The translations under genes and the position numbers were made by a program. A stretch of 64,000 bases of DNA from assembly GCA_000004695.1 (NCBI GenBank), contig CM000150.2, positions 3,072,001 to 3,136,000 on the forward strand, in the 5' to 3' direction. How positions within the stretch are numbered: position 1 is the first letter of the stretch; each line of letters begins with the position of its first letter. Positions 36,623-50,183 of this stretch are shown here, one piece after another. The notes beneath the pieces were generated by a model. It searched no databases. It was not told the DNA's origin and saw nothing but the letters and a program-made list of their open reading frames with translations. Source of the stretch: Dictyostelium discoideum (taxonomy: Eukaryota).

Positions 36623-36653
<31 letters not shown>

Positions 36654-36989
36654 ATTTGGTAAAACTCAATCTGCATTAGATCTATAATATTCAATTATGG
36701 AGAATTAATTTTTTTATTTTAAATGTCTTTTAATATATACATAACAATTTTATTGGCAATTTTATTGGAATGGTAATGGCGTTGAAATATATATATTTTT
36801 TTTTTTCTTTATTGTAAAATAATTATTAATCACTATTTGAATAAAAAAAAAAAAAAAAAAAATAATAAAAAAAAAACAAATAATACTATTTAAAAATGTA
36901 ACTTTATTATTTATTACTTTTTTTTATAAACATATTAAACAAATAGAAAAAAATAATCACTAATATATTTTACATATATTATATTTTTT

Positions 36990-37025
<36 letters not shown>

Positions 37026-37106
37026 TTTAGTTTGTTTTGTGTGTGTAAACAAATATATTCATAATTTTTCTTTATTTTTCTTTTTTTTTCTTTTTTTTTT
37101 TAAGAA

Positions 37107-37977
37107 ATGATTGAAAGTGATATAGAAAAATTATCAATCCCTTCATCATCAAAAAATGAAAGTGATAAAACCTATTTATTAAAAAACCAAATCTCAAACC
37201 TATATAATCAAAATAATTTAACTAATGAAATTGTATTAATTGAAAGAGGTCAAGATGGTAAATACTCAACAATAATGCCAAAGAAATTAGAAAATTTATT
37301 TTCAACTCAAGAGTATATTTATTTAATAAATAGAATTAATAATTATAAATCCTCTTCTAAATCATTTTATATTTCAATGATAATTTTTCAATCATTATTA
37401 TTTTTAATTACTGTTTCACTCTCATTTTACTTCCTTATAGTTGGTAATAAGTTATATGGTTTAGGTTTTTTCTTATTATTTCTGTCTGTCCTTTCTTTAA
37501 TAGGAGCCACTGCAACTTATTTTAAAAAAACAAATGACGTAAGAATTGTTATTTTATTAACTTTAATAAATAATAAAATAAATAATAAAATAAAAAAATA
37601 TATTAACCATTTTTTTAAAAAAAAAAAATAATAAACAAATAAAAAAATAGTATATCGATGAAATGCAAGAATTTTTCAAAACACTTTGTTCAAATTATAT
37701 TATTAAATCAGTTAAATTCCATGGTAAATTTAAAAAGATTGGATGTGAATCATTGTATATTATTGTTAATAGTCATATATTTATTGAATTTCCAAAATCT
37801 GTCAACGAGAATAGTCCAGTATTAAATCAAAAAGTACCATTATATAGTCATTATAACTATGGAACATCTGATCAACAATACTATAATACCAACAACAACA
37901 TTTCAAATATTATTCCATTAAATAGTTGTTCACAATCACAAACCATTGAAAAAGAAAATCAAAATGAATTATTATAA
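37107..37977 (+). CDS. Member E of the small two-TM protein family (2 exons: 37107..37538, 37651..37977)
   Basis: Exon 1 is ...STQEYIYLINRINNYK plus 2 TM, ending ...KKTND|GTAAGA. Exon 2 (after ..aaaatAG) is YIDEMQEFFKTLCSNYIIKSVKFHGKFKKIGCESLYIIVN... Family motif and intron position are the same as in the array at 18.8-24.9 kb. Confidence 0.45.
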
Positions 37978-38004
37978 TGAATTATTATAATTACCATTTA
38001 CTAT

Positions 38005-38035
<31 letters not shown>

Positions 38036-38200
38036 GAAAAAAAATTAAAATAAATATACATACACACACATACATACCAATTTTAAAACAAAACTATTGT
38101 AGTTATTTTTTAATAAATAGAAATAAATATAATTATATTTTTTTTATTTTTTTTTTTTTTTTTTTTTTTAAAGAGAAAATAAATACTATTTGACTCCTCT

Positions 38201-39553
<1,353 letters not shown>

Positions 39554-39623
39554 ATTATAACTTAATTGAACTTTTTCATTATTATTACTATTGGTTGTTG
39601 ATGAATCATTTACCTCTATTAAT

Positions 39624-39694
<71 letters not shown>

Positions 39695-40631
39695 TGTCAG
39701 GGTTTGTGTTAAATGAAAAAAATAAAATAAAATTTAATAAAAATAACATACCTATTCCCGATCCCATTTTTTATATATTTATATCTATTATTATTATTAT
39801 TACTTTTATTTGTGTTTTTTATTATTTTTTTTTTTTCAATAGTTTTGTTACTTTTATTATTTTTTTTTTTTTTTATTAATGATTACAAAGAAAAAAAAAA
39901 AAATCTGGGTCAAAAAATCTAAAAAAATTGTACAAGTGTGCAAAAATTATTTTGTGTATCGTGTATAAGTAAAAAAAAAAAAAAAAAAAATTAAACTAGT
40001 TTTTATTTTTATTTTTTTATTTTATTTTATTTTTTTTATTTAATTAAATAAAAAGAAATTATTTGAAGAAGTTGGCAACTGAAAAAAGGAAAAATAAAAA
40101 AAAAAAATAAAAATTTAAAATAAAAAAAGAATTTTTTTTTTTTAAAATTTTTTTTTTTTTTTTAGATATTTTTGAAATGGAATTTTCGTTTCCCGCTTCA
40201 AAGAGAAAATTCTAAAATCTGTTAAAAAATAGGAGACGTCAACCCGTTTTGATCTTTTTTTATTTATTAAACAATAATTTTTTATAATTCTTTTTAAACA
40301 AACAATACTTTTATAATCCAAAAAATTATTTTGTTTAATTGTTATTATTTTTGTTTAAGCAATTTTTTTTATTTTTTTTTTTAATTTTTTTTTTCTTTTT
40401 TATTTTTATTTATTTATTTTTTTTTTTTTTGACCATGTGTTTGTGATTATTTGTTAAAAATTGATTGCAAAAATTAATTTAAAAGAAAAAACTGCAGTGT
40501 TTTTAAACACAGAGGCTGTGCCAATGTAAGTTTTTTTTTTTTTTTTTTATTTTTACAATAAAATTGTGAATATTTTTTTTTTTAGATTTTTTAGATTTTT
40601 TTTTATATTATAATAAAATACCAAAATTTAA

Positions 40632-41076
40632 ATGGAGAAGCAAATAAAGAATGAAAAATTATTTTGGTCAGTTTATAAAAATAAATTTTTAAATGGAATA
40701 ATTTTTAAAAGATCAGAATTTAAATTTTCAGCATATACATACAATGAAATGAATAGTGTTGAGTGGATGATAAAAAATAAACATTTTTCATTATTAAAAG
40801 AAAAGATTATTAGAAATGATAGAAATTTAAATTTTTTTTTAAAGTGTCCATCCCGAATGAAACCAATTAAATGTCAACAAGAAATTTTCAAACATTACAA
40901 AAACGATACAGAATTATTTTCAAATTTATTCAAATATTATAAAGATGACAAATATCTATCACAATTAAATTTAAAAGATTTAGAAAATCATTCAATTGAT
41001 TATGATAATGTAGCATTATTTAAAGTTTTAATAAATGAATTAGGATATTGCTTAGATAATGATAATAATAATAATA

Positions 41077-41158
<82 letters not shown>

Positions 41159-42887
41159 TGATGATAATGATGACGATGATGTTGGTAATACTATGAAAAT
41201 ATTTTACAAATCTATTTATTCTGGGTCATTTGAAATTGCAACTTTTTATATAATTATAATAATAATAATAATAATTATTTTAAAAATCAAAATAAAATAT
41301 GGATTGATACCAATTGGATATAAAAAGTGATCCGAAATTATAATGAAAAAGGTTGATTTCTATTATTCAATAATTTCAAAAGCAATTCCAAAATTTTCAA
41401 AAAGTGATGATAGAGGCGTTGTAATTAAGGATTTGTCAAATCCAGTATTATTTTCAATATCAATTCATTCTTGTCAATTATCATTCATTATAAAATGTTG
41501 TAAAACAATATCATTATTATTATTGATAAATGAACAATCAGAACAATTCAAATATTCAAAAAATGATATCATTGAAATTGAACAATTAAAACAATATGAA
41601 ATTCCAGATTTAATATTTACAAAAGATGAATTAAATTTTAAAATTCAATCATTTGCTTTTAAAAATACAATAGTTCAAAGATTATATAAAATGGTATTAT
41701 TATTTTCAGATTCTTCAAGTCATTCAAATATTGCATTTTATCAAATTAAATACTATGGAGAAATTAATAATAAAATTTATACACATATTTTTAAACCTCA
41801 AAGTTTTGGTTATTATATTAGTGGATTTAAAGATTACAAAACTAATTTATTAAATGAATATTTATTTGAATATTGTAGATATGATAGAAATGAAAGAATC
41901 ATACCATTCTTTAAAGATGCAATCAAAGAAATATTAAATCCATCAATTGATAAATCATTAAAACCAACTAAAAATTTATTAATTAATTATGCAATAATTT
42001 TAAATGATTTGGAAATTTTAGAAATGGTTTATAATAAATTATTCAATATTAAAGGTGATGGTGATGGTGATGATGATCATGGCAATGATAATAATATCAT
42101 TTTATTAGATGAAGTTTATTATAGAAAGGATGTTAAAATATTTGATTTCTATATTAATAAATTATCAGAACAACATAGATTACAAATATTGGATAGAATT
42201 GGTGAGAATTATACATTATCTACTCATTTTAAAAATAATTATCCAATTTATTATAAAAATGCATTACCTCATTATAACCATCCATATCAAGACCAATTGT
42301 ATGTATCAAGATTTTTAACTGAAAATTATAAAGATGTACCAATAAATAACAAACATTTTAAAAACAAATTTGACATTACAAAAAAGTTTCCATTCATAAT
42401 TCACAGAAGTTTATTCATTGATTTTAAATTACCACCATCTAAATTAACATATTTAAATGAAAATGGAACTGAAATTGAATATGAAATTCCACCATACACA
42501 TTACACCAAAATGGTTTTTTATCGGGTATAGCTCATCAATTAAATTGGATTTTAAAATATAGAAATAAAGATATTGAAGATGGGACATTAATAATTACAT
42601 ATGATTTTATATTATTAACTCAATATTTTAGAAATAATATTGAAGAAACCATTTTAAATGATATCAATTCATATTTTAATCAAAAACATGTTAGTCCAAA
42701 AATTTTAAATTTTCTATTAGAAGAAATCGCCAAAAGAGGTGATATTGAAACAATTGAATTCTTAATTAACCAATTTAAAAATAATCAACAATTTTTAAAT
42801 CATATAATTAATCATTCAAAATCAATTTCATTAACAACACCAATTAACCAAATTGATTTTTATAATTATTTAAGTAATAAAAATTAA
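40632..42887 (+). pseudogene. Disrupted copy (in-frame TGA plus internal deletion/degeneration) of a paralogous gene family whose intact copy is 44884..47058
   Basis: ORFs 40632..41330 and 41343..42887 are in the same frame, separated by a single TGA. The N-terminus MEKQIKNEKLFWSVYKNKFLNGIIFKRSEFKF... and the C-terminal two-thirds are collinear with the intact copy. About 22 aa (QPNIKSKYNKEFIFTNSEEVYN) are missing, and the preceding segment is replaced by poly-Ile/low-complexity sequence. The intervening 25 nt is too short for an intron. This could alternatively be a sequencing error or a read-through gene. Confidence 0.45.
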
Positions 42888-43229
42888 TTTTTATTTTTTT
42901 TTTCAATTCAATTTATTTTTTCATTCACCAAACAAAATAAATTTTAAACTATTTATTATTATAATATTATTATAATATTATTTATTTATTTATTTTTAAT
43001 AATAACTAAAAAAATAAATAAAAAAAATTGATTTTTTTTTTTTTTATTTTTAGGTCGTGGTACCACAGTGGGTTCTAAGTGTTGTAAATAAATGGTCAAC
43101 CACAGTTTTTTTTTTTTTTTTCGAAAATAGAAAAATGTTGAACAACATAAATTATAATTTTTTATTTATTTTTTAAAAATTAATTTTTTTTTTCTTTTAA
43201 ACCTTTTTTTGACCGTTTTATTACTCTTT

Positions 43230-44310
43230 CCGATCCAATATTTGAATTGTTTAAAGATGACAATGAATTTTAATACAATTTATTTAAAAATTATAAAGAT
43301 AATCAATATATTTCCAATTTGACATTATCAGATTTAGAAAAATTTTCACAAAAAAATGATAATGTTGCATTATTACAAATATTATTAGAAAAATCAAAAG
43401 ACTATATCAATTTAAAAATTTTTTATAAATTCGTATGTAGTGGTGCAATAAATTCATCAACCTATTTATACAATAATTATTTTAAAGACTATTTCATTAA
43501 TAATCAACCTCAATCAACAAATAAATTATGGTATGAGGCAATTGGGTATAGTCAAATTTAAATCCAAAACTTCACTATGGGAAAAGAAATTTTTGTATTA
43601 AGAAAATTATAATAAAAAAGTTGAATTTTATTTAAATATCATTTCAAAATAAATTCCACCATTTTCAAAACATTTAAATATTAATCCTAAAATTAAATTA
43701 CAAATGACTCATTTGGGTAACCCAATCATATTTGATTTATCAATTCTTAAATTAAATTTAATTCAATTAATTATTAACTGTAAGACAATGTCATTATTAT
43801 TATCATCACCAACTGAACAACCAGAATTCAATTATTCAAAGAATGATATTATTGAAATGGAAGAATTAAAGCAATTGGAAAATCAATTCACAAATAGTGA
43901 ATAAATAGTAAAGTATCATCATTTAGTTATAAAAATGAAAAAGTTAAAATATTATTTAAAATGATGTTACCATTCTGTGGTAATATGCAATATGATCATA
44001 CAAGAATGGGTGAAATACCAGAAAGTAATTCAGTTTTGTTTTATCAAATGAAATATTATGGTGAAATTAATGATGTTTCAAAAAAAGAAAATTTAACTAG
44101 TAGTTTTGGATATTATGATAGATATTTTAAAAAGATATTTTTATTTTCAAAATTATTATACATGTCCTTTAAAATATTGTTTGAATGAAAGAAGAGTTAT
44201 ACCATTCTTTAAAGATGCAATTAAAGATATAATAGATATATCAATAGAAAGCAATTTAAAAATTGAGAGAAAAACTTTAATTCTTTGGATGATATTAAAA
44301 TAAACCAAAT
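43230..44310 (+). pseudogene. Frameshifted, N-terminally truncated fragment of the same gene family
   Basis: Three short ORFs in different frames match consecutive parts of the intact copy: LSDLEKFSQKNDNVALLQ...LWYEAIGY; GNPIIFDLSI...CKTMSLLLSSPTEQPEFNYSKNDIIEMEELKQ; FYQMKYYGEIN...ERRVIPFFKDAIKDI. There are stops and frameshifts between them, and no region equivalent to the first 70 aa. Confidence 0.6.
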
Positions 44311-44883
44311 AAAAAAAAGTGTTTTAGAATAATTAATAATAATAAAAGAAATAATAATAATATTGATTTAAATTTTCAACAAAATCTTTATGATTTTCAA
44401 GCATGAATTTATTTGTTGTATAATCTGGTATATATTTACACTTTTTATTTGTATCAAAATGGAATTTGTAATGTAAAATTGACTTTTTATAATCAATTGG
44501 ATAACTATTCTTGAAGTTGGATCCAACTCATCATTGTAACAATTTTCATGTAAAATAAGTTCATCACCAACATCTTTTTTGTTACGTTTATTACTATTGT
44601 ATAATTGATTATAAACCATTTGTAAAATTTCAAAATCATTTATAAAGATTGCAAAATCAATTAAGTTAAAATAATTAGTGTGTATTATTTTTAACTTTTT
44701 CTTTTTCTTGGTTTTTTTTTTTTTTTTTTTAGTTTTATTTTCAAAGCCTATGCTAAAACAATAAAATAAATAAATTTAGAGAAAAATCACTGAATTTTTT
44801 TTTTTTTTTTTTTTTAATTTTTTTTATTATAATTTTTTTAATAATTTTTTTTTTTTATAACCATTATTATTTTAAAAATTAAA

Positions 44884-47058
44884 ATGGAAAAACAAAATGA
44901 AAATTTATTTTGGTCAGTTTTTAGAAATAAATTTTTAAATAGATTAATTTTTAAAAGTTCAGAATTTAAATTTGGAGTTTATACATACTATGAAATGAAT
45001 AATGTTGGTTGGATGATAAATCATAAACATTTTTCATTACTAAAAGAAAAGATTATCAGAAATGATAGAAATCTAAATTTTTTTAATCACAACAATGATT
45101 TGTGTAGTAAATATCCAATATTTAAATATTTCAAACAAGACACAGAATTATTTTCAAAATTACTCGAAAATTTCAAAGATGAAAAATCACTTTCCCAATT
45201 GACTTTTTCAAATTTTGAACTTTTAGCACTCAAAAATGATAATGTAGCCATGTTATCAGTTATAATTAACCAATTCAAACATTATTCGGAATTAGAAACA
45301 TTCTATAAAGTTATTAATATTGGATCTATAGAAATTGCAACTTATTTATTTAATAATTATTTTCAAGATATTCTATTAAAAGAACAACCAGAATCAATCA
45401 ATACATTATGGAATGAAGCAATTGGATATCAACCAAATATAAAATCAAAATATAATAAAGAGTTTATTTTTACAAATAGTGAAGAAGTTTATAATAAAAA
45501 AGTTGAATTTTATATAACAAATATTTCAAAGGTGATACCACCATTTTCATTGAATTCATATACCAACTCACCTACTCCAATAGAAATCAATCAGTATGGG
45601 AATCCAACACTATTTGGTATATCAATTTATGAACTTAGTTTAAAAAGAATAATTAAATGTTGTAAAACAATATCATTTTTATTATCAGCAAATGAACAAC
45701 CAGAATTTCAATATTCAAAAAATGATATCATTGAAATGGAACAATTAAAACAATATGAAATTCCAGATTTAATATTTACAAATAGTGAACTAAATTCAAA
45801 AATGCAATCATTTAGTTTTAAAAATACAATAGTTCAAAGATTGTATGAAATGGTATTATTATTTTCAGATTCTCCAGGTCTCTATAAACCATCAATTGCA
45901 AATATTGCATTTTATCAAATGAAATACCATGAAGTGTTCAATAATAAAGATTATAACAGAATATTCAACCCTCAAAGTTTTGGTTATTTTATTGGTGTAT
46001 GTAGTAATACACCTGGTCTATTTTTATTAAATAATATATTTGAATATTGTAGAAATGATAGAGATGAAAGAATTATTCCCTACTTTAAAGATGTAATTAA
46101 AGAAATAGTAGGTTCACCAATAGATAAATCATTAAAACCAACTAATAATTTATTGACAATTAAAAGTATATTAATAAGATATGCAATCATTTTAAATGAT
46201 ATAGAAATCATTAAAATGTTATACGACAAGTTATCAATTAGTTCATTAGATTGTATTACTTTAGTTAGAGGTATAGGTTCTGGAATTGAAAATATTAATT
46301 TTGATGTTAAAATATTCGATTTCTTTTTTTATAAATTAACAGAGAGAGAGAGATTAAATATAATCAATATCATTATCCAAAATTATCAACTAATAAACTA
46401 TTTCAAGAATAATTATCCAATCGATTATAAAAAGTCTGTTTTAAATTACAAATTCCCATCAAAAAATAATAATTATTTACCAAGATTTTTGTGTGAGAAT
46501 TATAAAGATTTTGTAAATAAAGAGAATGAAATTAAATCAAGATTTCAAGATTTTATTTTTAGAAGGGTATTTTTTGGTTACAAATTACCAATCGTTTTTA
46601 CTTTCCCAAATAATGAAGGTATTGAAGTTGAACTTAAAATCTGTCCATATAGACTTTATAACTATAAGATGGTGTCATCAGTTGCCCCTCAATTAAATTG
46701 GATCCTACAATATAGAAGTCAAGATATTAAAGATGGAACATTACAAATCACATATGATAAAATATTAATAACTCAATATCTTAGAAATAATATTGAAGAA
46801 ACCATTTTAAATGATAATAATAATTCATATTATCAACAAGAAAGTGTGACTCCTTCAATATTAAACCATTTATTAGAAGAAATCGCCAAAAGAGGTGATA
46901 TTAAAACAATTGAATTCTTAATTGATCAATTTAAAAATAATAAACCATTTTTAGATCATACAATAAATCATTCAAAATCTTTTTCATTGACAAACAACCA
47001 AATTGAAATTTATAATTATTTGGATAACAAAAATTTATTAAATAAATTCATTTATTAA
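44884..47058 (+). CDS. Intact member (724 aa) of a hypothetical protein family present in three copies in this window
   Basis: Single long ORF MEKQNENLFWSVFRNKFLNRLIFKSSEFKF.... It is collinear with 40632..42887 and the 43230..44310 fragment. No recognisable catalytic motif. The C-terminus has conserved ...LLEEIAKRGDI[EK]TIEFLI[ND]QFKNN. Confidence 0.65.
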   Translation: MEKQNENLFWSVFRNKFLNRLIFKSSEFKFGVYTYYEMNNVGWMINHKHFSLLKEKIIRNDRNLNFFNHNNDLCSKYPIFKYFKQDTELFSKLLENFKDEKSLSQLTFSNFELLALKNDNVAMLSVIINQFKHYSELETFYKVINIGSIEIATYLFNNYFQDILLKEQPESINTLWNEAIGYQPNIKSKYNKEFIFTNSEEVYNKKVEFYITNISKVIPPFSLNSYTNSPTPIEINQYGNPTLFGISIYELSLKRIIKCCKTISFLLSANEQPEFQYSKNDIIEMEQLKQYEIPDLIFTNSELNSKMQSFSFKNTIVQRLYEMVLLFSDSPGLYKPSIANIAFYQMKYHEVFNNKDYNRIFNPQSFGYFIGVCSNTPGLFLLNNIFEYCRNDRDERIIPYFKDVIKEIVGSPIDKSLKPTNNLLTIKSILIRYAIILNDIEIIKMLYDKLSISSLDCITLVRGIGSGIENINFDVKIFDFFFYKLTERERLNIINIIIQNYQLINYFKNNYPIDYKKSVLNYKFPSKNNNYLPRFLCENYKDFVNKENEIKSRFQDFIFRRVFFGYKLPIVFTFPNNEGIEVELKICPYRLYNYKMVSSVAPQLNWILQYRSQDIKDGTLQITYDKILITQYLRNNIEETILNDNNNSYYQQESVTPSILNHLLEEIAKRGDIKTIEFLIDQFKNNKPFLDHTINHSKSFSLTNNQIEIYNYLDNKNLLNKFIY

Positions 47059-47126
47059 TTGTAAAAGTAAAAAAGTTTATTCAACTATTTTATTATTTTA
47101 TTTAAGTATTTATAATATTTTTATAT

Positions 47127-50124
47127 TTATTTTTTTTCAGATTGTAGAATACCTCTGATATCAGTATTTATCCAACCTCTTTGTTTTACTTGCGAGGCTT
47201 CATTATCTGACCACATGCAAACTCTACCAGTAATATCACCAGTATAGAATTTTTGTTGATCATTTGTTAAAAATATTGAAGTTATAGCTGTTGAATGTGA
47301 TTGAGAGTTTGAAAAAGTTGCTCTAAGAATAATTACATTTTTGAATTTTAATTTGTTGTTATTTGTTGAAGGAATTTGAGTTGCATTATTATTATTATTG
47401 TTATTATTATTATTATTATTATTTGAATTATTATTATCAGGTAATAATCTTGTTTCTAAACCCCAAACTTTAACTTTACCATCTCTGTGACCTGTTAATA
47501 ATACATTTTCACCTAACCACTCAGGACCTTTTGACCAAATACAACAAGTGATTTGATCATTAGCGATTTGTGAAGTTTTATAGTTGATAAGTAATTCACC
47601 ATTGACGGTATAAACAGATATTGTTGTACCAGAGCAAACTACAATTTCACCAGTTGTATCATGAATACCAATACAAGAGATTGGACCTTCATGAGCATCT
47701 AAACTACGGACATAACAAAGTCTATTTAAATCCCAAATGATACAAGTACGATCATCAGAACCACTTACGATGATAGAATAAGGACGAGAGGCGGATACAC
47801 AAGTGATTGAACCAGTATGACCTGATAGTCTCTTGGCCAAGGAGAATCTCTTGAGATTGTAAACACAGATTAAACTATCACTACCACCACTTACACAAAT
47901 ACGACCATCTTCAGTGGCTGTTAAACAAGTTAATGGACCATCGTGATGATCCTCTAAAACTTTGATCTTATCACCAGTGTTGTAACGAATTGAGCCATCA
48001 GGTAAACCCCATAACATATATTTTGAGTGATTTGGTGGTAAGAGTACCTTATTGAAACCGACACAAGTTGCACGATCATTGATTAAACGAATTTGACCAA
48101 CTGGTTCACCGATATCCTTTATGAAATTACCAGTTAACGCTTTTGCGTAGAATGGTAAACCCATTAAGGTGGCATTACGTTTTGGATGTGGTTTATCAAA
48201 GAGTTGTTTTGGAGTTTGACCAAAGTTATTAATTTGAGCAATGGTTGCAGCCTTTTCAACGGGATCAGAGATTGCATCAATATTTACGGCACCTTCATAA
48301 GTTAGATAATAGAAAACATTCAAAGAGTCATCGGCTGCTTTACCTTGTTGACGATAACCAAAGATTAAATCGATCCATTCATGAAGATGTTCAGAGACAT
48401 AATCGGATTCCAATGCTTTACGATGAAGTTTAATGAATTCCTGTGGCGAACCTTTTGCCCATGGTGGTAAGATAATATCATCGATTGGTTCACCGCCTTG
48501 TTTTGTACCGAAATTGAATTTATTATTATTTACCAAAAATTCATCCAAATAATAGAATTCAGGAATTAACTCCATTACCACACCAGTACTTCCTTGTGAT
48601 GATGATGCCCAAGCCTCAGTGATTGAACTAAACAAACGATCAGGTTGATCCCATCTGCCACCTTGAAGTTTAAGGAAATGTTGAGTGAATGGTTCTAAAC
48701 GAATTAAATAATAAAGTACGATAGCGGCTGAACTATAATGTGTACCATAATGGAATTTTGGTACTTTATGGCCATGTTCATTTGGTTCTTGATCATCCCA
48801 ATTCTCGAAACGTTCTCTAAACTTTTGAGCTCTACTCTCTTCTAAGGCACCCATTGGTTTTGAGAGATCACGATAAACCTTTGGATCATCAATATCCAAT
48901 TCTTCACTTTCATAGTCACTCAATACCCAAGGAAAAACTGGATACTGTGTTAAATCATTATAGGAACGACCTGCCAAAGTGTTCAAATGCATTAGATATT
49001 GGAAATTTGAGATTTGGCCTTGTTGCCATTTCAATGTTAATGGTGATTTTCTCCAAATCGAAGTGAAACGATCTCTAACGCCACGACCTCCTCCACCACC
49101 ATGATGATCATCATTGTCGTCATTACCAGTTTGACCACCAGTAATACCTTGTGCATCACCACCAATTGTATTATGAGAGGATACATTATTGACCAAGGTA
49201 TGATAAACTTCATCACGGGTTGGTTCATCACGATAGACTACAAGATTGTTTCTACCATCGGTTGAAAAGATTTCCAATGCAACTTGTCTTAAAAGGTATC
49301 TTCTCTTTAAGACATCACGGATATCTTCATAAGCCCATTTCAAAAAGTAATGAATGATCTTCTTTTTCATTGGTAAAACAGTGCCCTCTGGTAGCCATTC
49401 AGAGTTTATCTTTTCTTCAACTTCACTAATATCACCAGTGTTTTCATCCTTATAATAACCATCGAAAATATACATATAAACTGGACAGAAAATTAAAATA
49501 CCTTCAATCTTATCCATACCATCAACACTACCACAATTGTACATAATACCATTTAAACGTGGATCTTTTCTCATTGCATCCTTTAAATAACTTTGATCAT
49601 ATGGATCTAATAATCTAATGAATGCTTGAGTTTCATCTTCACTTGTTGTTTGATTATTTGTTGATGTTTCTTCATCAACTTCATTTGTATTACCTGTTGT
49701 TGTTGTTGCTACTGATGATTGAGTAGTTGGTGTTGAAGTTGTTGTTGTTGTTGTTGTTTGAGTTGATGGTGGAGGTGGTGATAATGTTGTACTAGCACTA
49801 GTTAAAGAAGAATTTTCTTCAGAAATTGTAGATGAATTATCATTAAACAATTCAGAAGATGATGGATTACGTGATAATTGACCCTCGACTGTTGATGATT
49901 GTAATTTTGGTGATTTAAATACATCTTCACTTGATGATTGTACTGGTGAAGTTGGTGGTGTTATTTCATTTGATGATAGTTCTGGACTACTAACTTTAAT
50001 TTGAGATGATGATTGTTGTGGAGTTGTAGTTGTTGTAGTATTAGATGATGATGATGATGTTGATTGATTCATATTATTAGCATTATTATTATTATTTGCA
50101 TTTTGTGAAGTTGATTTTGTAATT

Positions 50125-50183
<59 letters not shown>

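Noticed and set aside
43045-43095. GC-richer patch ggtcgtggtaccacagtgggttctaagtgttg in intergenic DNA
   Set aside because: No tRNA cloverleaf, no A/B boxes and no ORF. Possibly a degraded remnant of the adjacent pseudogene or of a mobile element, but there is nothing to support a call.
44368-44619. ORF 44368..44619 (-), 83 aa
   Set aside because: Lies in the spacer between family copies. Low complexity, no motif, no partner exon. Likely spurious.
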